58,056 bases of DNA from assembly GCA_046539845.1 (NCBI GenBank), contig JBKHGE010000009.1, positions 1 through 58,056 on the forward strand, written 5' to 3'. Each line of letters opens with the position of its first letter. Within the stretch, counting starts at the first letter, position 1. A model generated the notes under the pieces. That model searched no databases and was not told the DNA's origin. It was given only the letters and a program-made list of their open reading frames with translations. This document shows positions 10,569 to 20,079 of this stretch, piece after piece. Made by a program: the position numbers and the translations under genes. Source of the DNA: Desulfonatronovibrionaceae bacterium (GTDB taxonomy: Bacteria > Desulfobacterota > Desulfovibrionia > Desulfovibrionales > Desulfonatronovibrionaceae).

Positions 10569-11459
10569 ATGAACTTCCAAAACGCCATTTTAGGCCTGCA
10601 GCACTATTGGACCGGACAGGGATGTGTTCTGCAGCAGCCCTATGATCTGGAGGTGGGAGCGGGGACTTTTAATCCGTGCACATTTTTGCGGGCCCTCGGT
10701 CCTGAACCGTGGAAGGCGGCCTATGTGGAGCCATCCCGGCGGCCCACTGACGGCAGGTATGGAGAGAACCCCAACCGCCTGCAGCACTATTTCCAGTTTC
10801 AGGTCATATTGAAGCCGGCCCCGGCGGATATCCAGGATATATACCTGAAGAGTCTGACCGCTTTGGGCATTGATCCCGTCCGCCACGATATCCGCTTCGT
10901 GGAGGATGACTGGGAGTCTCCGACCCTGGGGGCGTGGGGCCTGGGCTGGGAGGTGTGGTTGGACGGCATGGAGATCACTCAGTTTACTTATTTCCAGCAG
11001 GTCGGAGGGATTGACATGTACCCGGTGAGTGTGGAGCTGACTTACGGCCTGGAAAGGATCTGTATGTACCTTCAGGGTCGGGAGTCCGTGTTCGATCTTT
11101 TATGGAATGATTCCCTGACCTACGGGGATATCTATCACAAGTCAGAGCAAGAGCAGAGCAGGTATAATTTTGATTACAGCGATCCGGACATGCTGGCCGC
11201 TTTTTTCGACGCCTGTGAGCAGGAAAGTCGCAGTCTGTGCGAGGTCGGTCTGCCTTGGCCAGCCTATGATTACTGCCTGAAATGCTCCCATCTGTTCAAC
11301 CTCCTGGAGGCCCGGGGGGCCATTTCCATAACCGAAAGGACCGGATACATAGCCCGCGTGCGTAACCTGGCCTCCCGGGTGGCTGAACTCTATGTCCAAC
11401 AGAGGGAGGAGCTGGGCCATCCCCTCTTGGACAATCACAATCAGGCCGCGTCAGTTTAA
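10569..11459 (+). CDS. glyQ: Glycine-tRNA ligase alpha subunit
   Basis: [39 protein letters not shown]. Confidence 0.98.
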   Translation: MNFQNAILGLQHYWTGQGCVLQQPYDLEVGAGTFNPCTFLRALGPEPWKAAYVEPSRRPTDGRYGENPNRLQHYFQFQVILKPAPADIQDIYLKSLTALGIDPVRHDIRFVEDDWESPTLGAWGLGWEVWLDGMEITQFTYFQQVGGIDMYPVSVELTYGLERICMYLQGRESVFDLLWNDSLTYGDIYHKSEQEQSRYNFDYSDPDMLAAFFDACEQESRSLCEVGLPWPAYDYCLKCSHLFNLLEARGAISITERTGYIARVRNLASRVAELYVQQREELGHPLLDNHNQAASV

Positions 11460-11634
11460 GCGGTGTTTCAAGGTAATTCTAATTTGGCCCTTGCCATAAG
11501 GTATGGGTGTTCCCCTTTTTGCCGGACCGGGAAAACGTTCGAATTTCCCGTTTAAAGCATCCAAAAGGATCAGGCGAAGACATAAAAGTCCACTTATTTT
11601 CTCGAGGAACTTCTAATTTGTCCGGAGTAATATA

Positions 11635-13713
11635 ATGGCGCGATTCGTGTTGGAGATAGGCACCGAAGAGATGCCGGCTCGTTTTCTGCCCGGTCTGGTC
11701 CGGGGCATAAAGCAGGAGCTTACCCGGGGTCTGGAGGAGTACGGCTTGGGGTTTGTCGAAATCAATTCCTTGGCCACACCAAGGCGGATCTCCGCTATAG
11801 TCGAAGGACTGGCCGAGAGACAGAAAACCGAGGAAAAGGTCTTTTTCGGCCCCCCGGCAGCCATAGCCTTTGACCGCAGCGGCGCACCGACCAAGGCGGC
11901 CCTAGGATTTGCCCGTTCCCAGGGGGTGGATGTGGAAGGGCTTTTTACCCGGAGCACGGACAAGGGCGAATACTTAGCCGTGTGCAAGTCCGTCGGTGGG
12001 AAGGAGGCGGACGAGCTGCTCCGGGAAATATGCCCTGCCTGCATAAGCAGGCTGTATTTTCCCAAGAAGATGCGCTGGGCGGACAGGTTCGCTTTCGGTC
12101 GGCCCATAAGATGGCTGCTGGCTGTGGTGGAGGACCGGGTGGTCCCTTTCACCATCTCGGATGTGGTTTCCGGACGGACTACCCGGGGCCATAGAGTGCA
12201 GGGGCCGGGGCCGTTTGAAATTAGACATGCTCGGGACTACGAGGAAATATTAACCGAACTTGGCGGTGTGGTCTTGGATGAATCCGCACGGCGGGAGATC
12301 ATCCGCGAGGAAGGTGAAAAGGCGGCGGCCGCGGCCGGAGGGCTTATAGTATGGGAAGACGGGCTCTTAAATGAGGTAAGCAATTTGGTCGAGCACCCCC
12401 ATCCGGTTCTGGGTTCCTTTTCTTCCGCCTATCTCGAATTGCCTGAGGAAGTGCTTTTGACCAGCATGGAAAAACATCAGAAGAGCTTCGGGGTCAGAGA
12501 TAGTTCCGGCGGGCTAATGCCCTATTTCCTGACCACGCTGAATCTGGACCCCGAGGATGAAGACCTAGTCCGGCGCGGATGGGAGAGGGTGCTCAAGGCC
12601 CGTCTTGAAGACGCCCGTTTTTTCTGGGAGGCGGACTGCCGCACTTCCCTGCAGGATTTTTTGGCCAAGCTGGGCCGGGTGGTGTTTATGGCCGGACTTG
12701 GGAGCATGGGGGACAAGGCGACCCGCTTGGCTTTTCTCGGCCGGAACCTGGCCGGGGAAGTACCCGACCTGGACCCCGAGTACATGCACCGGGCCGGGGA
12801 ACTGGCCAAGTTTGACTTGGTCTCCGAGATGGTTGGGGAGTTTGATTCCCTGCAGGGTATTATGGGAGGTATCTACGCCGGGCGGCAGGGGGAGCCAAAG
12901 CTTGTTTGCCGGGCGATTTACGAACACTATCTGCCTGGGGGGGCGGAAAGCCCAGTCCCGCAGAGCAAGGCCGGAGCGGTTTTGGCATTGGCGGACAAGC
13001 TGGACAATCTGGTCGGCTGCTTCGGGCTGGACATGATCCCTACCGGAACGGCTGACCCCTATGCCCTGCGCCGCCAGGCCCTGGGGATCATGCGTATCAT
13101 AATGGAGCACGAACTGGAGCTTGATCTGCGTTCTATCTGCCGGCTGGGGATAAAAGCCTATTCACAACCGGAATGGAAAAAAGGTGCCGAAGAGATTTTA
13201 AAGTGCCTGATGCATTTTTTTGCTGACAGACTGCGCTCCTTCTGGGTCGCTGAAGTCAAGGACAGCAAGGTGGTGGAGGCTATCCTGGGCACGGATTTTT
13301 CCCGCCTGAACGTGGCCAGTAAGCGCCTTGCCGCTTTGAAATCCTTCACCGCCAGAAAGGGATTTGCAGGGCACGTGCTCACGTTCAAGAGGGCGGACAA
13401 TATCATCCGCAAGCAGGCCGAAACAGAGTTGGACGGGGCCTATGACCGGGGGCTGTTCGAGTCCGTATACGAACACGAGCTTGCGGACAAGATAGAGGAG
13501 ATAGCCCCGGAATGGGATCAAAAATGGGCGGCTGGACGCTTTGCCGAGCTCTTGGATCTCTTGCAAGAGCTAAAGCCCTATGTGGACAGGTTTTTCGATC
13601 AGGTCATGGTCATGACCGAGGACCAGGCCCGACGGGTCAACCGTTTTAATCTTTTGTATGCTTTGACTTCCAGACTGTCCAGACTGGCTGATTTTTCCGC
13701 CCTGCAGGTGTAA
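11635..13713 (+). CDS. glyS: Glycine-tRNA ligase beta subunit
   Basis: LEIGTEEMP, TPRR, LQGIMG, DPYALRR. Confidence 0.98.
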   Translation: MARFVLEIGTEEMPARFLPGLVRGIKQELTRGLEEYGLGFVEINSLATPRRISAIVEGLAERQKTEEKVFFGPPAAIAFDRSGAPTKAALGFARSQGVDVEGLFTRSTDKGEYLAVCKSVGGKEADELLREICPACISRLYFPKKMRWADRFAFGRPIRWLLAVVEDRVVPFTISDVVSGRTTRGHRVQGPGPFEIRHARDYEEILTELGGVVLDESARREIIREEGEKAAAAAGGLIVWEDGLLNEVSNLVEHPHPVLGSFSSAYLELPEEVLLTSMEKHQKSFGVRDSSGGLMPYFLTTLNLDPEDEDLVRRGWERVLKARLEDARFFWEADCRTSLQDFLAKLGRVVFMAGLGSMGDKATRLAFLGRNLAGEVPDLDPEYMHRAGELAKFDLVSEMVGEFDSLQGIMGGIYAGRQGEPKLVCRAIYEHYLPGGAESPVPQSKAGAVLALADKLDNLVGCFGLDMIPTGTADPYALRRQALGIMRIIMEHELELDLRSICRLGIKAYSQPEWKKGAEEILKCLMHFFADRLRSFWVAEVKDSKVVEAILGTDFSRLNVASKRLAALKSFTARKGFAGHVLTFKRADNIIRKQAETELDGAYDRGLFESVYEHELADKIEEIAPEWDQKWAAGRFAELLDLLQELKPYVDRFFDQVMVMTEDQARRVNRFNLLYALTSRLSRLADFSALQV

Positions 13714-13840
13714 AATGGCGGTCAGCTGTCATAAGCGTTGAGGCACCAAAAATCCTTGACATTTTGTCTGTCCTGTATCAGAAGTCCCTTTTGTCTGTGA
13801 CTTGATTATAAATTATCCGTAATAAGGGAGGTTTTTACTC

Positions 13841-14107
13841 TTGGCTAACCATAGATCAGCGTTTAAGAGGCACAAGCAGAGCCTGAAGGCCAATGTCCGG
13901 AACAAGGCCATCAAGACGAGGATAAAAAACGCGGTGAAAAAAGTGGATCAGGCAGTGGCGCAGAACGATGCCCAACAGGCGCATGATGCTTTGCGTACTG
14001 CTTCCTCGATACTGGATCGGGCCGCGCAGAAAAAAGTGATCTATAAGAGAAAGGCGGCAAGAAAGATTTCCCGGCTGAACAAGGCGATAAATAATATCGC
14101 CTCTTAG
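13841..14107 (+). CDS. rpsT: 30S ribosomal protein S20
   Basis: MANHRSAFKR...KAARKISRL; TTG start with GGGAGG SD. Confidence 0.97.
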   Translation: MANHRSAFKRHKQSLKANVRNKAIKTRIKNAVKKVDQAVAQNDAQQAHDALRTASSILDRAAQKKVIYKRKAARKISRLNKAINNIAS

Positions 14108-14135
14108 CCGACTTTTTGCGGGCCCTTTTGGGAAC

Positions 14136-14160
14136 AACCTGCCTGCGGGCGGGTTTTTTT
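14136..14160 (+). terminator. Intrinsic terminator after rpsT
   Basis: AACCTGCC-TGCG-GGCGGGTT followed by a T run. Confidence 0.8.
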
Positions 14161-14183
14161 GTTTGCGTGGACAGTTCCCGCCT

Positions 14184-15389
14184 TTAGAGCAGGTCGTTGA
14201 TCCCGACCACCTCCACCCCGTTGTCCCTGTTTTTATTCCAGGTCTCCAAGGCATCCAGAGTCTCCGGGTACGGATGGCCTATGGCAATGGCCAGTCCGGT
14301 ATCCGAGGCGATTTTTTCCGCCTTGCGTAGCTGAAAGATTATGGCTGTCTTGTCCTGGATGTTGTCCAGAAATATATCCCGCTTGAGCAGATTAATCCCA
14401 AAGCGACCGGAGATCCGGGAAGCCACGCTTTGGGGTGTGGTCAGGCTGTCCAAAAAAAATAGTTCCCTGTCCCTGAGCTCCCGAAAGAGCTCTTCCATTC
14501 CCGCCTGGTAAGCAGTGAATCTGGAACCCATATGGTTGTTGACCCCGATTGCCTCCGGGACCAGATCCAGATCTTGACGCGCTGTCTCCCTGATTTTGTC
14601 CCGGGACATGTCCACAAATAAAGCCCCGGGTCCGGGGTCGGTGTCTGGCCAGTTGTCCGGCTGCATGGGCAAATGGAGCATGATCGGCAGTTTGCTTGCA
14701 GTCGCGATCCTGCGGACCGTTTTGCTGAAGGCACTGTGCGGGAGGATGGAAAAGGTGACCGGGAAGTCCAGCTCGGCCAGCCTGGAAGCCGCCTTACGGC
14801 TCCGGCCCATGTCGTCGATAACTATGGCCAGTTTGCCGGAGGGTTCCGGCCTTTTGCCCGGCGCATCTGAGCGCAAAAACAGGGTGTGGGTCCTTTCACC
14901 GTTTATCCGGACATACCAGGTGCTGTCGTCGGGGCCGGTAACAAGCGAGGCGTTGCTGGTAAACCGGCGCAGCTCCCGGCGCAGGGTGTGCAGAAAATCC
15001 TCCGGACTGTGGACGAATCCAATCTCCAGCTCCTGATAGTGAAACGGGCTGCCGTGGAAATGTTTGGTCCGGATTTTGTTGTGCCTGACCTGAGCCTGGT
15101 CGCTGCTTTCAGCCAGGGCCTGCATCAGTATGAGGTCTATTTGACGTACCTTTTGGTCGAAATCAGGGGCCAGCTTTTCCTCGAAAGTATATCTACCTTT
15201 GTCCGGTTTAGGGCTGGTTTTGGCTCTGTCCACGGTCTTTCCACCGGGCCTGGACGTGTCCCCGTCCTCTTGGGGGGGTAGGAGCAGGACCCAGGCCAGG
15301 CAGGCAAAGGTCACAAGGATTAAAAAGGCGGCGATAAGCGGTTTTAACCGCCTTGCGCCGCCCTTTTTCTTTTTTCCGGACTTGGCCAT
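14184..15389 (-). CDS. Divergent polysaccharide deacetylase family protein
   Basis: AIVIDDMG, MLHLPMQP, GVNNHMGS, RDIFLDN, AIAIGHP; N-terminal TM. Confidence 0.93.
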   Translation of the reverse strand: MAKSGKKKKGGARRLKPLIAAFLILVTFACLAWVLLLPPQEDGDTSRPGGKTVDRAKTSPKPDKGRYTFEEKLAPDFDQKVRQIDLILMQALAESSDQAQVRHNKIRTKHFHGSPFHYQELEIGFVHSPEDFLHTLRRELRRFTSNASLVTGPDDSTWYVRINGERTHTLFLRSDAPGKRPEPSGKLAIVIDDMGRSRKAASRLAELDFPVTFSILPHSAFSKTVRRIATASKLPIMLHLPMQPDNWPDTDPGPGALFVDMSRDKIRETARQDLDLVPEAIGVNNHMGSRFTAYQAGMEELFRELRDRELFFLDSLTTPQSVASRISGRFGINLLKRDIFLDNIQDKTAIIFQLRKAEKIASDTGLAIAIGHPYPETLDALETWNKNRDNGVEVVGINDLL

Positions 15390-15397
15390 AGGCCGGC

Positions 15398-16675
15398 TCA
15401 GTTGTTTTTAAGCGTTTTTATCACCGGCATGGATTTTAAAAGCTCCAAACCGAGCCGAAGCTGATTGTCTTTACTCAAGAGCTCGACCACTTCCTTGTTT
15501 TCCTTCCTCTCGGTGGCGTTGGTTTTCCCGCCATTGGGGTTCTGCAAGTGGTGGAACAGGTTTTCTTCCCGGAGTGTCTGTTCTTGTTCGTTGTCCTGCG
15601 TGGGGTCGAAGGGGAGGACAAAATCGGGTTCTATCCCTTCGGCCTGGATGGAGCGGCCATCCGGGGTGTGATAGAGGGCCACGGTCATCTTGACCGCTGA
15701 TCCGTCAGACAGAGGAATGATGGACTGTACCGATCCCTTGCCAAATGTCTTTTCTCCGACCAAAAGGGCCCGCTCCTGGTCCTGAAGCGCCCCGGCCACA
15801 ATCTCCGAAGCAGAGGCGGAGCCGGAGTTTATCAATACCACAAGCGGACAGGTAAAGTCTGCTTCACTGCTTTCTCCGTAGAAATCCTTGCGATTTTTTT
15901 TCTCCTTGCCTTGGGTGTAGACGATCAGTTCTTTTCCGAGGAATAGATCGGCCACGGAAACGGCTTGCCCCAAAAGACCGCCCGGATTGTTGCGCAGATC
16001 AAGGACTATCCCTTTCAGCTTGCCGTTTTGGGACACCTCGGCCATATTCTCTGCAAGCTCTTTAGTGGTTTTGGCCTTGAAGTCCGTAATGCGCAGATGG
16101 ACATAACCGGGCTCGAGCTCGCGGACTTTGACCGTTTCCACCGGGATTTTGTCCCGGATGATCTCCACTTTTTCCGGACGCTGGGCATCTTTGTGCATAA
16201 TAGTCAAGACCACGGGCTCGCCTTTTTTGCCTCGGATTTTTTTCACCGCCTCATTCAGGGTCATACCCTGAGTGGAATCCCCGTCCACAGCCAGTATAAT
16301 ATCCCCGGCCTGGAGACCGGCCCGATAGGCCGGCGTGCCCTCGATCGGGGAGATAACTACAATCTGATTGTCCTTCAACCCGATCTGGATACCTATTCCG
16401 CTGAATTCACCGGAAATGTCCTCCTGGGTCCGCTTGAGTTCCTCCGAGTCGATAAACGCGGAGTGCGGATCAAGCTCCTGGAGCATCCCCTGGATAGCTC
16501 CCTGTATGAGCTCCTTGCGGTCCACATCGTGGACATAGTTTTGTTCAATAAGATGCAGTGCCTGGCTGAAGCGCTTCAGGGAGTCATACCCGTTTTCTTC
16601 GGCTAGTCCGGAACCCGGTGTCAGGGTGAGGCACAAAAGCAGGATAAAGGTCCCTGTAATATGTCTGAAACGCAT
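15398..16675 (-). CDS. ctpA: Carboxyl-terminal processing protease (S41, PDZ)
   Basis: GIGI PDZ, DLRNNPGG, SASASEI, TFGKGSVQ; start ATG 16675. Confidence 0.93.
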   Translation of the reverse strand: MRFRHITGTFILLLCLTLTPGSGLAEENGYDSLKRFSQALHLIEQNYVHDVDRKELIQGAIQGMLQELDPHSAFIDSEELKRTQEDISGEFSGIGIQIGLKDNQIVVISPIEGTPAYRAGLQAGDIILAVDGDSTQGMTLNEAVKKIRGKKGEPVVLTIMHKDAQRPEKVEIIRDKIPVETVKVRELEPGYVHLRITDFKAKTTKELAENMAEVSQNGKLKGIVLDLRNNPGGLLGQAVSVADLFLGKELIVYTQGKEKKNRKDFYGESSEADFTCPLVVLINSGSASASEIVAGALQDQERALLVGEKTFGKGSVQSIIPLSDGSAVKMTVALYHTPDGRSIQAEGIEPDFVLPFDPTQDNEQEQTLREENLFHHLQNPNGGKTNATERKENKEVVELLSKDNQLRLGLELLKSMPVIKTLKNN

Positions 16676-16756
16676 TCGCTCCTCCCTGGATTGCATAATC
16701 ATGGTTTTGATAATCGGCGTTAAAAAATTGTTGCTAGAACCTCAGAGGCTTTGCTT

Positions 16757-17893
16757 TCAGGATGAAAGCCAATCCATAGGATTAATTGCTTTTTGGTGAA
16801 AACGCAATTCAAAATACAAACCCTCGGATTTGAGGTCCGGATAATAGCCGCATGTCCCGATAGGTTCACCCTTTTCCACATTCTGGCCCAGTTCCACGCG
16901 CGAGGAATTGAGAAAGGCATATAAGGTGTAGTAGTCTTCCCCGTGAAATAGGATGACCACTTTCCCAAAGCCCCGCAGTTTGTCGTTGTGCACCACCTTG
17001 CCCCAGAAAACAGCCTTGACTTTTTCCCCTTGGGTTACGCTCAATCCGATTCCCCGTTGCGGAGGATCCAGGTCCGGGCGGTATTCTTTTTCTATTTCCC
17101 CGGAACAGGGCCAGGGCAGATAACCCTTCATTCGGGAGAAATCCTTTTCCGACAGGGCCTTGAGCTTATAGTTAAGGGATTCGATGGTGTCCAGAATATC
17201 CCGGACATGGTTTTCGCTTACCAGACGCTTGGCCCGGATCTCCCGCACGCGGGAGAGATAGGAGAGCTTTTGGGCCAAAAGCTCGTCCTTCAGTTCATCT
17301 GTTTTGTCCAGCTCCTTTCTGACCCGGACCTTGACGCTTTCCAATTCAGCCAAAGACGAGGTCAGCTCGCTCTGGACCGCTTTCAGTCTGGCCAAGCCCT
17401 CGTCCACCCTTTTAGAGATATTTTTTAGCCAGTATATCCGCCGATCCAGAGCGGACCATTCCCTGATCTGGGCCGGACTGTGGGACATTCTATTGCAATA
17501 GGCAGGCCACAGAACGGATAAGAGCCTGTTCAGTCTTGCACGTTCTTCTTCCCGGGCCTTTTTTGCCTTTTGGTATTTTTCTAGCAGGCGTGCTTCCCGG
17601 CCGCGCAGCTCGGACAGTTTCTCCTCTTGTGCCGAGAGTTTTTTTTCAGTGGCCTGTACCCTTTTGTCGATTTTCTCCAGGCTGGTATATATTTCCTCCT
17701 CCCGGCGGGAGAGGCTTTCTATCTTTTCCTTTTTTTGGTCCAAATCGGATTTCTTCTCCCGGATGCTTTCCCGGACCTGCTCAAAAGAGGAGGCCAGAGG
17801 ATGCGGGAGGTAGACAAACAAGAGCATAAGACAAGTCATTGCCGTGCTGAGTAGGGCGAGGTTTTTTCCCGGGTTTGGCATATTAGATGGCAT
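16757..17893 (-). CDS. envC: Murein hydrolase activator, EnvC type (coiled coil + degenerate M23)
   Basis: Long coiled coil, LPWP, M23 domain lacking metal ligands, LYFELR; envC-ctpA-deacetylase synteny. Confidence 0.85.
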   Translation of the reverse strand: MPSNMPNPGKNLALLSTAMTCLMLLFVYLPHPLASSFEQVRESIREKKSDLDQKKEKIESLSRREEEIYTSLEKIDKRVQATEKKLSAQEEKLSELRGREARLLEKYQKAKKAREEERARLNRLLSVLWPAYCNRMSHSPAQIREWSALDRRIYWLKNISKRVDEGLARLKAVQSELTSSLAELESVKVRVRKELDKTDELKDELLAQKLSYLSRVREIRAKRLVSENHVRDILDTIESLNYKLKALSEKDFSRMKGYLPWPCSGEIEKEYRPDLDPPQRGIGLSVTQGEKVKAVFWGKVVHNDKLRGFGKVVILFHGEDYYTLYAFLNSSRVELGQNVEKGEPIGTCGYYPDLKSEGLYFELRFHQKAINPMDWLSS

Positions 17894-17905
17894 TTTACTC
17901 AAAGT

Positions 17906-18559
17906 TCAGGCGTCCTGGAGGGTCTCCAGAGGACATTTGGCGCACAAGGGTTTTGTCTTTTTGCACCAGTTCTTGCCGGCCCGGACGAGTAAGGCGTGGT
18001 ATTCGTTGTACAGGGCCCGGTCCGGAGGAAGGTAGCCCATTACAAATTCCTGGAACTCAGAATAGTCCCGGTCCTGCTCCATCAGTCCGTGGCGGGAAAA
18101 TATGCGTTTGGTATAGGCGTCGATCACGAAAACTGGGTGATCCAAGGCGTATAAGAGGATGCTGTCCGCTGTTTCCGGGCCTATCCCCTTGACCTTTAAC
18201 AGGGCCCGGCGAAGCCAAGCAGTGTTTTCATTGCGCAGCCTGTTCATGTCCAGATCGAAATTGAGGTGCAAAAAGGTCAAAAAGTTTTTTAGTCGCTCCG
18301 CCTTGACCCGGAAATATCCGGCCGGCCGGATCAGCTCCGAGAGTCTGCCCTGATCCAGCCTGAACATTTTCTCCGGATGCATGAGGCCGCAGTCCTTGAG
18401 GTTGGAGATGGCCTTTTCCACGTTCCCCCAGTTTGTGTTCTGGGTCAATACGGCCCCGACAGCCACTTCGAACGGGGAGTCTCCAGGCCACCAATTGCTC
18501 GGGCCGAGTCTGTCCATCAACTTGCTGTACAGTTTTAAAAGCTTAAGCTTTTGACCCAT
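17906..18559 (-). CDS. Endonuclease III-related HhH-GPD glycosylase
   Basis: WWPGDSPFE, GAVLTQNTNW, KGIGPETADSILLYA, C-terminal Cys cluster. Confidence 0.9.
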   Translation of the reverse strand: MGQKLKLLKLYSKLMDRLGPSNWWPGDSPFEVAVGAVLTQNTNWGNVEKAISNLKDCGLMHPEKMFRLDQGRLSELIRPAGYFRVKAERLKNFLTFLHLNFDLDMNRLRNENTAWLRRALLKVKGIGPETADSILLYALDHPVFVIDAYTKRIFSRHGLMEQDRDYSEFQEFVMGYLPPDRALYNEYHALLVRAGKNWCKKTKPLCAKCPLETLQDA

Positions 18560-18615
18560 GTCTTGCTTTTTGCACGTTTGCGTCCCCGGAATTGGGGACT
18601 GATCCAGTCGGCCTG

Positions 18616-18704
18616 TCAATGTGTGCGCCGAAAAGGTTGATAGATGTGCTGGAGGGCCAAACAGAAAAGGCTTGGTTATACCCGCCGGCCCTGACGCACA
18701 CTGA
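18616..18704 (-). ncRNA. Candidate structured leader or sRNA (unclassified)
   Basis: Nested helices GUGUGCGUC/GGCGCACAC and AGGGCCGGCGGG/UCUGUUUGGCCCU start just downstream of a predicted promoter. Confidence 0.4.
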
Positions 18705-18710
18705 AATCAA

Positions 18711-18740
18711 AGTTTAACACCCCGGATTCGGATTTGGCAA
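18711..18740 (-). promoter_or_regulatory. Putative sigma-70 promoter (extended -10)
   Basis: TTGCCA-18 nt-TAAACT with a TG motif. Confidence 0.5.
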
Positions 18741-18861
18741 GTTTTCCTGTGTGCGGGAAGGGGGCCGGGCGGCTGGCAGTCTGTTGAGGATATCTTGACC
18801 CTAAACAGACCCTAGGGATTTTTGTATTTAATCCCATGGTCCTTGGCCAGCCGCAGCTTTA

Positions 18862-19725
18862 CTACTTAGTTTGTCCCTTCCAGACTAGCACGGCCCATTT
18901 ATCCTGGGTGACGATTTCAGGGCTGCCTAGTCCGGCCTCCTGATAGGCCTGGACAACCCTGTTTGCTTGGGTTTTGAGTACCCCGGACAAGACCAGACAA
19001 AATTTTTGACTTTTTAGGCGGGAGACAATGTCCCCGGCCATTTGCATCAAAGGATTGGCCAAAATATTGGCCAGGATGAGATTAAATTTTTCCTCTGCCG
19101 GTATGGCCTCCAGGCAGCCCTCCAAAACGGAGAACTCGTTTTCGCACCGGTTTAAGGCAATATTTTCCCGGGCATTGTCTATTGCGGTCCCTTCAATATC
19201 CAAACCCAGTCCGCTCATTCCGTATTTGGCACAGGCGATACCCAGGATGCCGGACCCGGTGCCCAGGTCCAGGAAGTTGTCCTCTGGACGTAAATAACCG
19301 CGGCAAAAGCCTTTGTCTATTTCCTGTAAACACAGAGTGGTTGTGGCGTGATGTCCGGTGCCAAAGGCCATTTTGGGCTCAATGACTATGGTGGTTCCCG
19401 GGAAAGGGGTGTCTGCGAGCCAGGTGGGGACAACCATTATTGCATTCCGGATATGAACCGGAGTGAAGAATTTTTTCCAGTTTTCCTGCCAGTGCTCGGA
19501 TTTTTCAAACCGGTGGCCCATATTGAGCCCGGAAAATTGTTTTTTTAGGTAATTAGCGGCCTGGTCCAGGCGGTTCAAAGAATCGAAGTGTACACGCCAC
19601 AAAAAAGAGCCGTTTTTTTCCTCCTCCAGCCAGCCCCAGGGCGCAATATCAGACAGACTGGCTCGCAGCCGATTCCGTTCCCGGTCCGGGGCCTGAATAT
19701 CCAAAACGAACAGATTATTTACCAT
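18862..19725 (-). CDS. prmA: Ribosomal protein L11 methyltransferase
   Basis: WQENWKKFF, IEPKMAFGTGHHATT, LDLGTGSGIL, ANILA; ATG 19725. Confidence 0.95.
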   Translation of the reverse strand: MVNNLFVLDIQAPDRERNRLRASLSDIAPWGWLEEEKNGSFLWRVHFDSLNRLDQAANYLKKQFSGLNMGHRFEKSEHWQENWKKFFTPVHIRNAIMVVPTWLADTPFPGTTIVIEPKMAFGTGHHATTTLCLQEIDKGFCRGYLRPEDNFLDLGTGSGILGIACAKYGMSGLGLDIEGTAIDNARENIALNRCENEFSVLEGCLEAIPAEEKFNLILANILANPLMQMAGDIVSRLKSQKFCLVLSGVLKTQANRVVQAYQEAGLGSPEIVTQDKWAVLVWKGQTK

Positions 19726-19843
19726 AACCACTCGGACCGCAGATGACCAGGACTTCGCCCCGTTCGACCTGGTCGTTGATATTCTTCAATACGTGGAAGT
19801 CTCCGAACCACTTGTTCACGTTGCGCATCTCAATCAAGGCCAT
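19715..19843 (-). pseudogene. 5' fragment (42 aa) of a polar amino-acid ABC transporter ATP-binding protein
   Basis: Hand translation MALIEMRNVNKWFGDFHVLKNINDQVERGEVLVICGPSGYGK*; AAGGA SD; ends in Walker A and overlaps the prmA start. Confidence 0.85.
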
Positions 19844-19944
19844 GGCAAACAATCCTTATAGCTGCTCGAAGTGAATGTTGTCGTTTTCCGGGAGCGGAAA
19901 GCGTGAACTGACCGGCAGTAGGGACTCGTAAATTTAACCAAAGC

Positions 19945-19973
19945 AGGCTATAAAACAGCCCCAAATTTGTCAA
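19945..19973 (-). promoter_or_regulatory. Putative sigma-70 promoter upstream of the ABC fragment and prmA
   Basis: TTGACA-17 nt-TAGCCT. Confidence 0.65.
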
Positions 19974-20079
19974 TCGGCTACTGTGACAAATTTTCTGGTC
20001 CGGGAAGAGTCCCGGGGACAAGAGGGCGGTTTTCTGCGTCCCGGAAGGGGGAGGAGGGGGAGAGATCCGACTGCGGGGT

